Assembly: GCA_963790205.1 (NCBI GenBank)
Contig: CAWBNQ010000001.1
Span: 1,088,001-1,152,000, forward strand
From: Nitrospirota bacterium
GTDB taxonomy: Bacteria; Nitrospirota; UBA9217
DNA length: 64,000 nucleotides
Direction: 5' to 3'
The notes beneath the pieces were generated by a model that was given only the letters and a program-made list of their open reading frames with translations, did not search any database and was not told the origin of the DNA. Made by a program: the position numbers and the translations under genes. Below, one piece after another: positions 1 to 8,909 of this stretch (positions are counted from its first letter, which is position 1; every line of letters starts with the position of its first letter).

Positions 1-2
1 CG

Positions 3-161
3 GCCGCCATCCTGGGCTCCGCCGTGATCGTGCGTGATCCGGTCTGGTCGGGCCTGGCCTTGGCCCTGATATTCGGCATGCTGGCTTCGACGGCGCTCAC
101 GCTCGTGGTGATCCCGGTGTTTTACTATATCGTGGAGAAGAAGCACTGGGAAGCAGCCTAA
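3..161 (+). CDS. C-terminal end of an RND efflux permease (AcrB family), partial at window edge
   Basis: Frame 3 reads AAILGSAVIVRDPVWSGLALALIFGMLASTALTLVVIPVFYYIVEKKHWEAA*, typical of the last two TM helices of AcrB-family proteins. Confidence 0.75.
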   Translation, partial: AAILGSAVIVRDPVWSGLALALIFGMLASTALTLVVIPVFYYIVEKKHWEAA

Positions 162-234
162 TGTGGAATTAAAGAAGGACAAGCCGTTGCCGTGTTTTTG
201 TTCCGCATTTTCGAATTTCGAAAAGGAGTCAACA

Positions 235-975
235 ATGTCAAACTCATCCATCACCGTCACCTGCAAAGACTGGATCAGCACTGTGACGATCGATAATCCG
301 CCGGACAATGTTCTGGACAAGGATATCCTGGCAAAACTGAACAGGACCGTGAGCGAGGTGCACGGCCAGCAGGCCGAGCTCCGTGTGGTCCTGTTCACGG
401 CAAAAGGAAATAGCTTCTCCGCCGGCATCGATTACGGAACCTTCGCAAGGATGTCCAAGGAAGAAGCGGGCCATTTCGCGGACATAGGCTATCACCTGCT
501 CAGGAACATTGAAGCGCTGCCCGTCCCGGTGATCGCCGCGCTCCGGGGAGAGACGACCGGCGCGGGCCTCGGCCTGGCCCTGGCCGCAGACATCAGGATC
601 GCCTCATCGGACGCGGTCTTCTCCTTCCCCGAGGCCAGAATAGGCGTACCGCCCATCTTCGGCTCCTCTCAGCGATTGTACAAGACCGTGGGTGTTGGCC
701 GGGCAAAGGAGCTGCTCTTTACCGGCAGGACCGTGGATGCCCAGGAGGCGCTACAGATCGGCCTGGTGAACAAGGTGGTTCCCGTAGACGCCCTTGACGA
801 AGAAGCGCAACGACTCGCCGTCCAGATCGGCGGAAACAGCCTCTCGTCGCTTCGCTCGATCAAGATGCTTGTGAACTTCGGGCTGAACGAAGGCTACGAC
901 GTGGGGCTCAGGCAGGAGGTTACGGCCTTCAGCGAAGCGTTCAACCCGGACACGAAACAGTGGGAACGGGTATAA
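235..975 (+). CDS. Enoyl-CoA hydratase/isomerase family protein
   Basis: Crotonase motifs FSAGID, GAGLGLALAADIRIAS, FPEARIG; ATG at 235 follows AAGGAG. Confidence 0.9.
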   Translation: MSNSSITVTCKDWISTVTIDNPPDNVLDKDILAKLNRTVSEVHGQQAELRVVLFTAKGNSFSAGIDYGTFARMSKEEAGHFADIGYHLLRNIEALPVPVIAALRGETTGAGLGLALAADIRIASSDAVFSFPEARIGVPPIFGSSQRLYKTVGVGRAKELLFTGRTVDAQEALQIGLVNKVVPVDALDEEAQRLAVQIGGNSLSSLRSIKMLVNFGLNEGYDVGLRQEVTAFSEAFNPDTKQWERV

Positions 976-1111
976 CGAAAGGGTCATGGTCCCATGAAAA
1001 GAAACTTCACGCGGACGCATGGGTTCAGAACCAAATCGCATCCATGGTTTATACATGGTATAATATTATAGAAGTCTTTCGACAGTAAAATATACAAGGG
1101 GGTAAAAGAGA

Positions 1112-1540
1112 ATGGGGATCTGTGCATGGCATATCATGCGGGAGAAGATCAGTGTGCGGCCCGATGCAACGGCTCGCGAGGTGGCGATGAAGATCATCTC
1201 CTCGGGCCTGGCTGCGATGCCGGTCGTGGGCGACAGCCATGAGATACTGGGTGTTGTGTCGGAGAACGCTATTCTGGACGCGATCCGGGAAGACCAGGAC
1301 CTGGAGGGCATTCCAGCGTCAAAGATCATGGTGCCTGCGCCGGTCATTGCTGATGCCGGCGCCTCGACCGACGAGCTTATTAAACTGCTCCTGAAGAGCT
1401 GCTGTTCCGTCGTCATGGTAGTTAAGGACAAGAAGTACGTGGGTGTGGTGAGCAGGCACATGCTGATGGATATCTTCACCTCCCCCCACTATGCGCGGTT
1501 CGCTGCAAAGGAGCGGAAGGCGCCGTTTGCCTGCAAATAA
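1112..1540 (+). CDS. CBS domain pair protein
   Basis: Two CBS repeats (AMPVVG..ILGVVSE; VMVVKDKKYVGVVSR). Confidence 0.85.
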   Translation: MGICAWHIMREKISVRPDATAREVAMKIISSGLAAMPVVGDSHEILGVVSENAILDAIREDQDLEGIPASKIMVPAPVIADAGASTDELIKLLLKSCCSVVMVVKDKKYVGVVSRHMLMDIFTSPHYARFAAKERKAPFACK

Positions 1541-1650
1541 AAAAGCAGGGTCAGGGGGAGCGAGTCAGGGTCGAAAAATCATATGCCTGAAAGCTTTTTA
1601 CGCCCCGGTCCTGCCCGGCCCTTGCCACTCTTTTATTAAGGAAGGGGAAA

Positions 1651-1801
1651 ATGTACATCGCAAATACGAAAACATGGTATCTAGAAAGGTTCATCCGGCT
1701 TTTTGCCGGCATCTTCGTGTTCGGAAGCGTGCTCCTGGGACAGCTTGTCCATCCCGGATGGTTCTATTTCACGGGCTTTGTCGGCATTATGATGACGATT
1801 T
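1651..1801 (+). pseudogene. 5' part of a DUF2892 (YgaP-like) membrane protein gene interrupted by the Tn7-like element
   Basis: MYIANTKTWYLERFIRLFAGIFV...GFVGIMMTI then runs into the transposon end; the remainder is at 21810-21884. Confidence 0.88.
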
Positions 1802-1980
1802 TGTCAGTACCACTAAATAATGAGACTGAATATATCTCCCTCCAAAGACAAACTAGCTGAATAATAAAGAAAAAATCAGCTCACGGATTTTCCCTCTCCC
1901 GCGCAAAAAATACCAATATAAAACGAGAATTATCAATATAAAATGACTTAAAAATCAAATTATCAAAATAAAATAATATA
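1802..1980 (+). repeat. tnsA-proximal transposon end with repeated TnsB-binding-like sites
   Basis: CCACTAAATAATGAGACT at the terminus, then CCAATATAAAACGAGAAT, TCAATATAAAATGACTTA, TCAAAATAAAATAATATA at about 1913-1980. Confidence 0.75.
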
Positions 1981-2026
1981 ACCTTGCTACCTTGCGCATT
2001 TCTCATTTGGCGGCTATACTTTGAGC

Positions 2027-2680
2027 ATGCCAAGACGTAAAATTCCAAGGAATTACAGGTCAGAAACCGGGCGGTTTCCGAGTATCATAAACGGTCGCTC
2101 CGTGGCGTACGAATCGTCGCTTGAGCGAGATTACTTCCACTGGCTAGAATTCGAGGACGACGTCCTATCCTACGAAGAACAGCCGTTGCATATTACTAAA
2201 AAGAAAGGCCGAAAAACCATCCAGCATTATCCGGACTGTCGTGTCTGCTATAAAGAAGCCAGCGGAAGAAAGCCAATGATAGTGGAGGTCAAGTACAAAA
2301 AGGAGCTGGAAAAGAAGGAAGAAAAGCTGGAGGAAAAGCTGGCCATGACCAAGGAGTTCGCACGTGAGAACGGAGAAGATTTCACGGTTATAACGGAGGA
2401 CGATATCCGCGGCGTATATCTCGAAAACCTGAAGTTTATATACAAGTACGCCAAACCGTATCCCGCTTTTCATCAACACAAGGCGTTCATTTTGGAAAAC
2501 AAGGTTGTAGACGGGCCGTTGAAGGTAAGCGAGCTGTTGAGCACCTTGACCACCGACAGGTTAAGGCAAGCGGAGTTGCTTCGGGCTATTTGGCACATGG
2601 TGTTCACAAAAGAGGTTGCAATCGATTTACATGAGAAAGTGACGATGGATTCCATCGTGGAGATACGCTGCAGCGCATAA
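2027..2680 (+). CDS. tnsA: TnsA-like endonuclease (heteromeric transposase subunit)
   Basis: YESSLERD, YEEQP, HYPD...IVEVK PD-(D/E)xK motifs and C-terminal winged-helix-like segment; alternative TTG start at 2021. Confidence 0.9.
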   Translation: MPRRKIPRNYRSETGRFPSIINGRSVAYESSLERDYFHWLEFEDDVLSYEEQPLHITKKKGRKTIQHYPDCRVCYKEASGRKPMIVEVKYKKELEKKEEKLEEKLAMTKEFARENGEDFTVITEDDIRGVYLENLKFIYKYAKPYPAFHQHKAFILENKVVDGPLKVSELLSTLTTDRLRQAELLRAIWHMVFTKEVAIDLHEKVTMDSIVEIRCSA

Positions 2681-2726
2681 AAATCCTATTAGCCCAGGTA
2701 GAGCAAATGCAAAAGGAGCCAACGAC

Positions 2727-4670
2727 ATGTCTATTGTGAATTATAAAGCTGGCAATATCGTCTACCTGGGTAATGATCAATACGAAATCCTCAAACCGGT
2801 CAGCCTGAGGGACGTGCTCGCAAAGAGCGTCGCCACCGGCGTGCAAAAGGTCCTGCCTGTTTTAAGCCTCCGGTCCGCCCCCCTATCCGTAGAAAACGGC
2901 GATACCAAGACGCCGGTCGAACACGTGGACGAGGATCATTGGGACGTGGCTGTGCACCGTCACAAGATAATAAAACCGCTCCTTGAGGCGCCGCACCTTA
3001 CAAGGGCAATGGTCATCAAGGTTGCCAAGCAATGGGGCTTATCGCCTTCCACAGTTTATCGACACCTCAGCATGTTTAAGACAACCGGAACGGTAAGCGC
3101 CCTGGTTCCCAAGTTCGACTTAAGGGGGAAAGGTACGTCCAAACTCCCTCCGGGTACGCTTGCGATCGTAGAAGACATGAAAGATAACTTCTACCTCAAT
3201 CCGACGAAGGAACATCCGAAGCCTACGATTAAGGAGTCCTACTCTGAGATCAAGCAGCGTTGCAAAACGGCCGGCGTGAGGATCCCCGCCAAGGGAACCG
3301 TCTACTCCCTATTCGGGAAGATACCGGCGAGTGACCTGGCGAAACGCAGGGAAGGGAAGTCGGACAGCGGAAACAAGTTTTTGGCCAAACCTGGAAAGTT
3401 CCCGGGCGGCAATTACCCACTTGACGTTATCCAGATAGACCATACCCCTTTAAATGTGATGGTCGTCGATGAAATCTACAGGGAGTCGATCAAGCGACCT
3501 TATCTCACCGTCGCAATCGACGTCAACTCGAGAATGGTGTACGGCTACTATATAGCGCTGGAAAAACCCAGCTATTATTCCGTGTCCCAATGCATTACGA
3601 TCGGGATCCTGCCGAAGGATCAGTTCCTCCGATCCATAAGCGTTGAAGGGCAATGGGACATTTGGGGGAAGCCAAGGCTTATTTTAGCTGACAACGCTTG
3701 GGAATTTCAGGGCCAGGAGATGACCCGGGTCTGCGCGGATCACGACATTATTCTTGAGTGGACGCCGGTGAAAAAGCCAGAGTACAAAGCCCACATAGAG
3801 CGACTCTGCGGAACGCTAAGCGAGAAAATCCGCAGGCTGCAAGGAGCCACGTTCGCTTCGATAGAGGAGAGAGGCTCGTATGATTCGGAAGAAGAAGCCG
3901 TCATGACCATGGCAGAACTCGAGAAGTGGTTCGGCAACATGGTGGTGAACGAGTACCACAACGATATACACACTGGCATCGGCATGACCCCGAAACGAAA
4001 ATACGAGATGGGCATCCTTGGAGACGGGACAACGCCCGGGGTCGGCCTCCCCTCCGCGATCGAGGACGAGGATCAGCTTCGCATCAGCCTTTTACCCTTC
4101 GAGGAAAGAGTCGTCCAAAAGACCGGTCTATGGATAGAATGCATCCAATATTGGAGTGATACTCTCAAAGATTGGGCCAACGTTAAAAACAAAAAAAGTA
4201 AGAACGGCAAGTATATCATCAAAATAAACCCGAAGAGCATGAAAATAGTTCATTTTTACGACCCGGAACTGAAGAGATATTTTCCTGTGCCTTACAGGGA
4301 CATAAGCAAGCCGGACATGACGATTTGGGAATTAAGGGACGCCAAGGCGTACCTTAAAAAACAGGGCATCGAACACTATGACGAAGCGAAGATATTCGAA
4401 GCCGTCACAATAGGCAAGAAGATTGCTGCAGAAGCTACGGATAAAACGAAACAGGCGAGACGCAAGGCGGCAGCGAAGAATTTCCACGACAGGAAACTCA
4501 AGGATGAGCGAAGCAGCGTGGCCGCATCGCGTGGGAAAGATGAAAGCGGCATCGCCGCAGCGACCCCGGAGGAAAAGGCCATCGAATTAAGTCTCGATGA
4601 TCTTTATAGGGATATCAAGCCTTTTACGGGAATCAAAGTTATACCTAAAAAAGAGGATGACAAAAAATGA
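2727..4670 (+). CDS. tnsB: TnsB/TniA-like DDE transposase
   Basis: HTH (GLSPSTVYR), QIDHT, AIDVNSRMVYG, ADNAWEF, KAHIERLCGT integrase-core motifs; Mu-transposase-like C-terminus. Confidence 0.93.
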   Translation: MSIVNYKAGNIVYLGNDQYEILKPVSLRDVLAKSVATGVQKVLPVLSLRSAPLSVENGDTKTPVEHVDEDHWDVAVHRHKIIKPLLEAPHLTRAMVIKVAKQWGLSPSTVYRHLSMFKTTGTVSALVPKFDLRGKGTSKLPPGTLAIVEDMKDNFYLNPTKEHPKPTIKESYSEIKQRCKTAGVRIPAKGTVYSLFGKIPASDLAKRREGKSDSGNKFLAKPGKFPGGNYPLDVIQIDHTPLNVMVVDEIYRESIKRPYLTVAIDVNSRMVYGYYIALEKPSYYSVSQCITIGILPKDQFLRSISVEGQWDIWGKPRLILADNAWEFQGQEMTRVCADHDIILEWTPVKKPEYKAHIERLCGTLSEKIRRLQGATFASIEERGSYDSEEEAVMTMAELEKWFGNMVVNEYHNDIHTGIGMTPKRKYEMGILGDGTTPGVGLPSAIEDEDQLRISLLPFEERVVQKTGLWIECIQYWSDTLKDWANVKNKKSKNGKYIIKINPKSMKIVHFYDPELKRYFPVPYRDISKPDMTIWELRDAKAYLKKQGIEHYDEAKIFEAVTIGKKIAAEATDKTKQARRKAAAKNFHDRKLKDERSSVAASRGKDESGIAAATPEEKAIELSLDDLYRDIKPFTGIKVIPKKEDDKK

Positions 4671-5581
4671 CGACGATTACTGATACACATATTGATACGC
4701 TTCTTCCTGAAACGAGACAGGTACTCGATCAAGACGATAAGGAACGGATTACGTACATCGAACAAGTGAAGTGGATTCCCTACCCTCAGGCAAATGGAAT
4801 TTTGGACAAGATGGAAGAGCTTTTAACCATACCCAAAAGGACGCGCATGCCATCTTTTTTACTAACAGCGGACAGTCACATGGGGAAGACGAGCATAGCG
4901 AAGGAGTTTGTTAGAAGGCATCCTCCTTCAAACGGCCTGCACGCGGATGCTCACCCCGTTATTTTAGTCGATGCTCCGGACGGACCAGATACTGGCTGGT
5001 TTTATGACAAGATATTCGAGTATCTGTCCGTGCCAGTGAGGACGAGGGACAAGGTCTCAAAAAAAGAAGCCGAGGTGAATTATTACTTTAAGAAGCTAGA
5101 CGTTAAAATGCTCATGGTCGACGAAATACACAATATCCTGAGCGGGCCTAGGACCAGGCAGAGCCTGTTTATGAATGCCTTGAAGGGAATGAACAACCGG
5201 TTGGAGATACCCATCGTCTTGATCGGCACACAAGACGCCAGGAGGGCGATCACTACCGACAACCAAATCAGCAGTAGATTCCCTCCTATTACCCTTTCCC
5301 GGTGGAAGATAGACAGGGATTATCTTTCGATGCTCGCAAGCATAGAGGTGACGCTGCCGCTCCGTAAGCCGTCTGTATTGGCCTCGCAGGACCTGGCGCC
5401 GGATATCCACGACCTCGCCGAGGGACTGACGGGAGAGATATTCTCTTTGATCAATCAAGCGGCGATTATTGCCATTAAAAGGAAAACTGAAAGAATTACG
5501 TACGCCGAAATCAAGGCATGTAACTTTATAAAACCGTCGCAACGAATTGCGGAGTCCACGTTGGCAGGGGTAAGTGAGTGA
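4667..5581 (+). CDS. tniB: TniB/TnsC-like AAA+ ATPase
   Basis: WIPYP, RMPSFLL, Walker A-like ADSHMGKT, Walker B MLMVDEIHN, QISSRF; ATGA overlap with tnsB. Confidence 0.92.
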   Translation: MTTITDTHIDTLLPETRQVLDQDDKERITYIEQVKWIPYPQANGILDKMEELLTIPKRTRMPSFLLTADSHMGKTSIAKEFVRRHPPSNGLHADAHPVILVDAPDGPDTGWFYDKIFEYLSVPVRTRDKVSKKEAEVNYYFKKLDVKMLMVDEIHNILSGPRTRQSLFMNALKGMNNRLEIPIVLIGTQDARRAITTDNQISSRFPPITLSRWKIDRDYLSMLASIEVTLPLRKPSVLASQDLAPDIHDLAEGLTGEIFSLINQAAIIAIKRKTERITYAEIKACNFIKPSQRIAESTLAGVSE

Positions 5582-6779
5582 TGTGATGCGTGGCGTTTAT
5601 CACGACCGGATTGCGGAGGGTAGATTTATTATTAGGTTGGACCCTCTCGAAGACGAGTTGCTGAGCTCGTGGCTGGTGCGCGAGGCTTATGCCCACATAA
5701 CCAGCCCGTTCACGTTTGTTAACCGGCACTTCCCTAAATTAAGTTATGTTTTTTGGACCAGGGATATTGACCTCTCAGCGGCTGACGAAATGCTCGATGT
5801 TTTATCGTTCAAGAGCGGCGTCAGCCGCGAATTACTTTATAAGCTCACCTTGAGATCGTATGAGAGGTATCTCGACGAACATATCGCAACTCATGCGGCC
5901 AACCACCTTATTCAACCCCTGGGTTACCTAAGCTACTATAAAGGAGCAAAGGCGAAACACGGGTTGAGTTTCTGTCCAATCTGCCTTCGTGAAGACGAAA
6001 CGCCATATTTCAGAAAAAAATGGAGACTCACGTTTTCTACCGCGTGCATCATTCATGGCTGTTTCTTGATGGATCGTTGCCAGAAATGCGGCTCGCCGGT
6101 GAAGTTTTACAGGAGTTACTTTGATGGGAGTTTTTCCTATTGTCATAGGTGTGGAGAGGATTACAGGAAAGCTATTCCGGAGCTTGTAGGACCTGATACG
6201 CAGGGGCTGCAAGCTATCAAGCAATTGTACAACATATTAGATTCAGGATGTTTTCAATTTGCAGACCGTTATATGTATTCGCCTCTCTTCTTCGATATAT
6301 TGCGGCAGATTATTAAAATCGCTTGTCATCGGAAGAAAGGTCGGGTTATTTTTGATAAAGATATAAGCACGGTTACTGGGGAACAAATTGGAAACCATTG
6401 CAGATGTAAATATATTTTTGACTATCCGTCAACAATACGCCATTCTATCTTTGCTGCGGCGATGAATGTGCTGCACCGATTCCCGGAAAGTCTTGCAAAC
6501 TTTTTCGAGGCCAACGGCTTGAAAAAGACTGATATCCTCAAGGACCTTAAGTATGTTCCTTATGAGTATTCCGCGATCGCAGATCAATTTGACTATGATG
6601 AAAAACCTATTGTGTTCGATGAAGTCAAAAGCGCGATCGGATACCTTAAAAGAAGAAATAAAAACGTTCACAAGCAGCAGGTTGATGAGTTAATGGGAGT
6701 GCGTCTTCATTTAAAAGGTCAAAGAAAAGATATTAGGAAGCTATTCAAGAAAAAAGGACGTTACCGCATTGCAGCGTGA
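5574..6779 (+). CDS. tniQ: TniQ/TnsD family target-selection protein
   Basis: PLEDELLSSWLVR N-terminus; zinc-finger FCPIC...WRL...CIIH...CQKC...CHRC; about 200 aa C-terminal extension. Confidence 0.9.
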   Translation: MSDVMRGVYHDRIAEGRFIIRLDPLEDELLSSWLVREAYAHITSPFTFVNRHFPKLSYVFWTRDIDLSAADEMLDVLSFKSGVSRELLYKLTLRSYERYLDEHIATHAANHLIQPLGYLSYYKGAKAKHGLSFCPICLREDETPYFRKKWRLTFSTACIIHGCFLMDRCQKCGSPVKFYRSYFDGSFSYCHRCGEDYRKAIPELVGPDTQGLQAIKQLYNILDSGCFQFADRYMYSPLFFDILRQIIKIACHRKKGRVIFDKDISTVTGEQIGNHCRCKYIFDYPSTIRHSIFAAAMNVLHRFPESLANFFEANGLKKTDILKDLKYVPYEYSAIADQFDYDEKPIVFDEVKSAIGYLKRRNKNVHKQQVDELMGVRLHLKGQRKDIRKLFKKKGRYRIAA

Positions 6780-7228
6780 CCTTTTTTACAGTAAATGCTG
6801 GCTCCATCACGGGCGTTTCTGAAAGGGTCACGCGTATCAGTCATGCATATCCGCAATCGTTCCGCTGTTTTTCCGATCCTGAATGTATTTCTCCACTTTT
6901 TATCCACTCCAAGAGTATTGGTATCGCACCTTCGTGCTACCAAAAATCTCCGTCACATATTTGCTTTCTTCTAACGATGACCATACGGTGGTCTTATTGT
7001 ATTAAGGAACCTTTATATCAAACAAGAAGGCACGGTTTTTATCTTCTTCTAATCAGAGCTACGATTTTGGAATTAACTTGCTGATAGGTAAACTATAGGT
7101 TTTATTTAATAAAGAGAAACAGGCAGGTGGTTAGATGTTTATCCAAGGAGCATAAAAAAATGATACTTGACAATTAGACGTAAATCGTACTATTATAGTA
7201 TAAATAAATACAAAAAAGAGAATTAATA

Positions 7229-7441
7229 ATGGATAATAAAATACAAAAAATAGTACATTTAGGTACAGAAAAACTGCAGGGAAGTAATCGGGTGCAATTG
7301 CCTGGCCCAGTTCTAAAAAATTTAGATCTTCAACATAAGCAGAAAATCGAGTTTTATTTGAATACAGCCACATGGGAAGTCATACTTAAGCCGGTTAAAA
7401 GAAGCGGAAATAACAATGACAAAGCAAAAAAAAATAAATAA
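7229..7441 (+). CDS. Small putative AbrB/MazE/SpoVT-like DNA-binding protein
   Basis: NRVQLPGPVLKNLDL..KQKIEFYL....EVILKP resembles a swapped-hairpin fold; TTGACA-N18-TATTAT upstream (7167-7196). Confidence 0.55.
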   Translation: MDNKIQKIVHLGTEKLQGSNRVQLPGPVLKNLDLQHKQKIEFYLNTATWEVILKPVKRSGNNNDKAKKNK

Positions 7442-7528
7442 ACAGCATTTGGCAAGCGATCACACATGGAAAAACTCGTATCTGCTCTGTCCTTGGATAA
7501 GCCTGACCTGTAAAACGAGGCAATCATT

Positions 7529-8734
7529 ATGATAAAAATTGATCAGGAAAGTATCCAGTTGTTATCGAATGCTATTCATGATGTGCAGCCCGTAGGCGGC
7601 CTTACGCATTCGTTCTACAGGTATCCAGCTAGATTTTCTCCTCTTTTTGTGCGGGCTGCTATAAGGATATTTAGCAAGCCTGGTGAGGTTGTTTATGACC
7701 CCTTTATGGGAGGAGGGACTACAATTGTAGAAGCCGTAGCCTCTGGTCGACGCGCCATTGGAACTGACATAAATAGTCTAGCTGTATTTATTGCGAAGGT
7801 TAAAACGACACCGATAACGGATGACGACCTTTCGATAATGCGCTCTTGGCTTTTAAACTGTCAGGAGGGGCTTAATTTACATCGAGCGGCAATACGCGCG
7901 TCTGAATGGATTGAACTCGGATATCAAAGAAACATTAGTGGGAAAAAAACTTGGCCAATTAGGAAGATACTTGAACTGGCCTTAGCACAAATAAGCATCT
8001 TGCCAAAAACTAGCCAGCAGAACTTTGTGAGGTGCGTATTGCTGCGAACGGCACAGTGGGCGATTGATTGTAAAGAGGAACTGCCTTCTGCAAGTGAATT
8101 TCGACGAAAGTGTCTTCAGTTTTTTGAAGAAATGGCGGATGCTGCGAGCGAGCTTCGGCAATTAATTAAAAAAGGCAGAAAAGATTCGAACGGCTTAGCT
8201 TTTGAAAAGCCAATATGTTTGAATAGATCTGCCGCGGGGATTGAGACGGTGAAGAGCGTTAAAAAATATATACCACCACGATTAATATTAACATCACCAC
8301 CTTATCCCGGCGTTCATGTTCTCTATCATCGCTGGCAAGTTAATGGTCGAAAAGAAACACCCGCTCCATACTGGATTGCGGGCTCTTTAGATGGGAATGG
8401 TGCTGCTTATTATACTTTTGGAAGTAGAAGGGAAGAATATCTTCAGACATATTATAATCAAGCACGAACTGTATATTCCTCACTTGCTAAAATTGCGGAT
8501 AAAAAAACAACATTGATTCAACTTGTTGCTTTTTCTGATCCTTCCTGGCAGTTGCCAGCTTTCCTTGAAGTATTGCAACAAGCAGGATTTTGTGAAATAC
8601 AAGTACCTAATAATTTAAAAGATAATGACGAGCATGTTTGGCGCCAAGTGCCCAATCGCAAATTCTATGCAAGCCAAAAAGGTAGCATTACTGCAAGCAA
8701 GGAATTATTATTGATTCATAGACTTCGCTATTAA
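7529..8734 (+). CDS. Amino-DNA methyltransferase (probably N4-cytosine, alpha motif order)
   Basis: HSFYRYPARF, motif I DPFMGGGTT precedes motif IV TSPPY. Confidence 0.88.
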   Translation: MIKIDQESIQLLSNAIHDVQPVGGLTHSFYRYPARFSPLFVRAAIRIFSKPGEVVYDPFMGGGTTIVEAVASGRRAIGTDINSLAVFIAKVKTTPITDDDLSIMRSWLLNCQEGLNLHRAAIRASEWIELGYQRNISGKKTWPIRKILELALAQISILPKTSQQNFVRCVLLRTAQWAIDCKEELPSASEFRRKCLQFFEEMADAASELRQLIKKGRKDSNGLAFEKPICLNRSAAGIETVKSVKKYIPPRLILTSPPYPGVHVLYHRWQVNGRKETPAPYWIAGSLDGNGAAYYTFGSRREEYLQTYYNQARTVYSSLAKIADKKTTLIQLVAFSDPSWQLPAFLEVLQQAGFCEIQVPNNLKDNDEHVWRQVPNRKFYASQKGSITASKELLLIHRLRY

Positions 8735-8909
8735 TGGTCTCATAATCGACTCGACTCATCACGAGTTGAATATCGTTATTCTTGCGGCGATTCTGAGCGT
8801 GAAGCCAGCCTTCGTCATGCGTAATCTGCATTCCAGATAGGAACGGTCGGTAATAACGGCCGATGATATGTACAAACAATTGTGAGAATATTAATAGGCG
8901 TATTGTCCT

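Noticed and set aside
1651..1860. Intact 69-aa gene as in the ORF track
   Set aside because: The last 19 codons come from the transposon end; the true C-terminus is at 21810-21884
6776..7084. 102-aa plus-strand ORF, or a decayed minus-strand gene
   Set aside because: No RBS or recognisable motif; the minus frame has several stops and no assignable family
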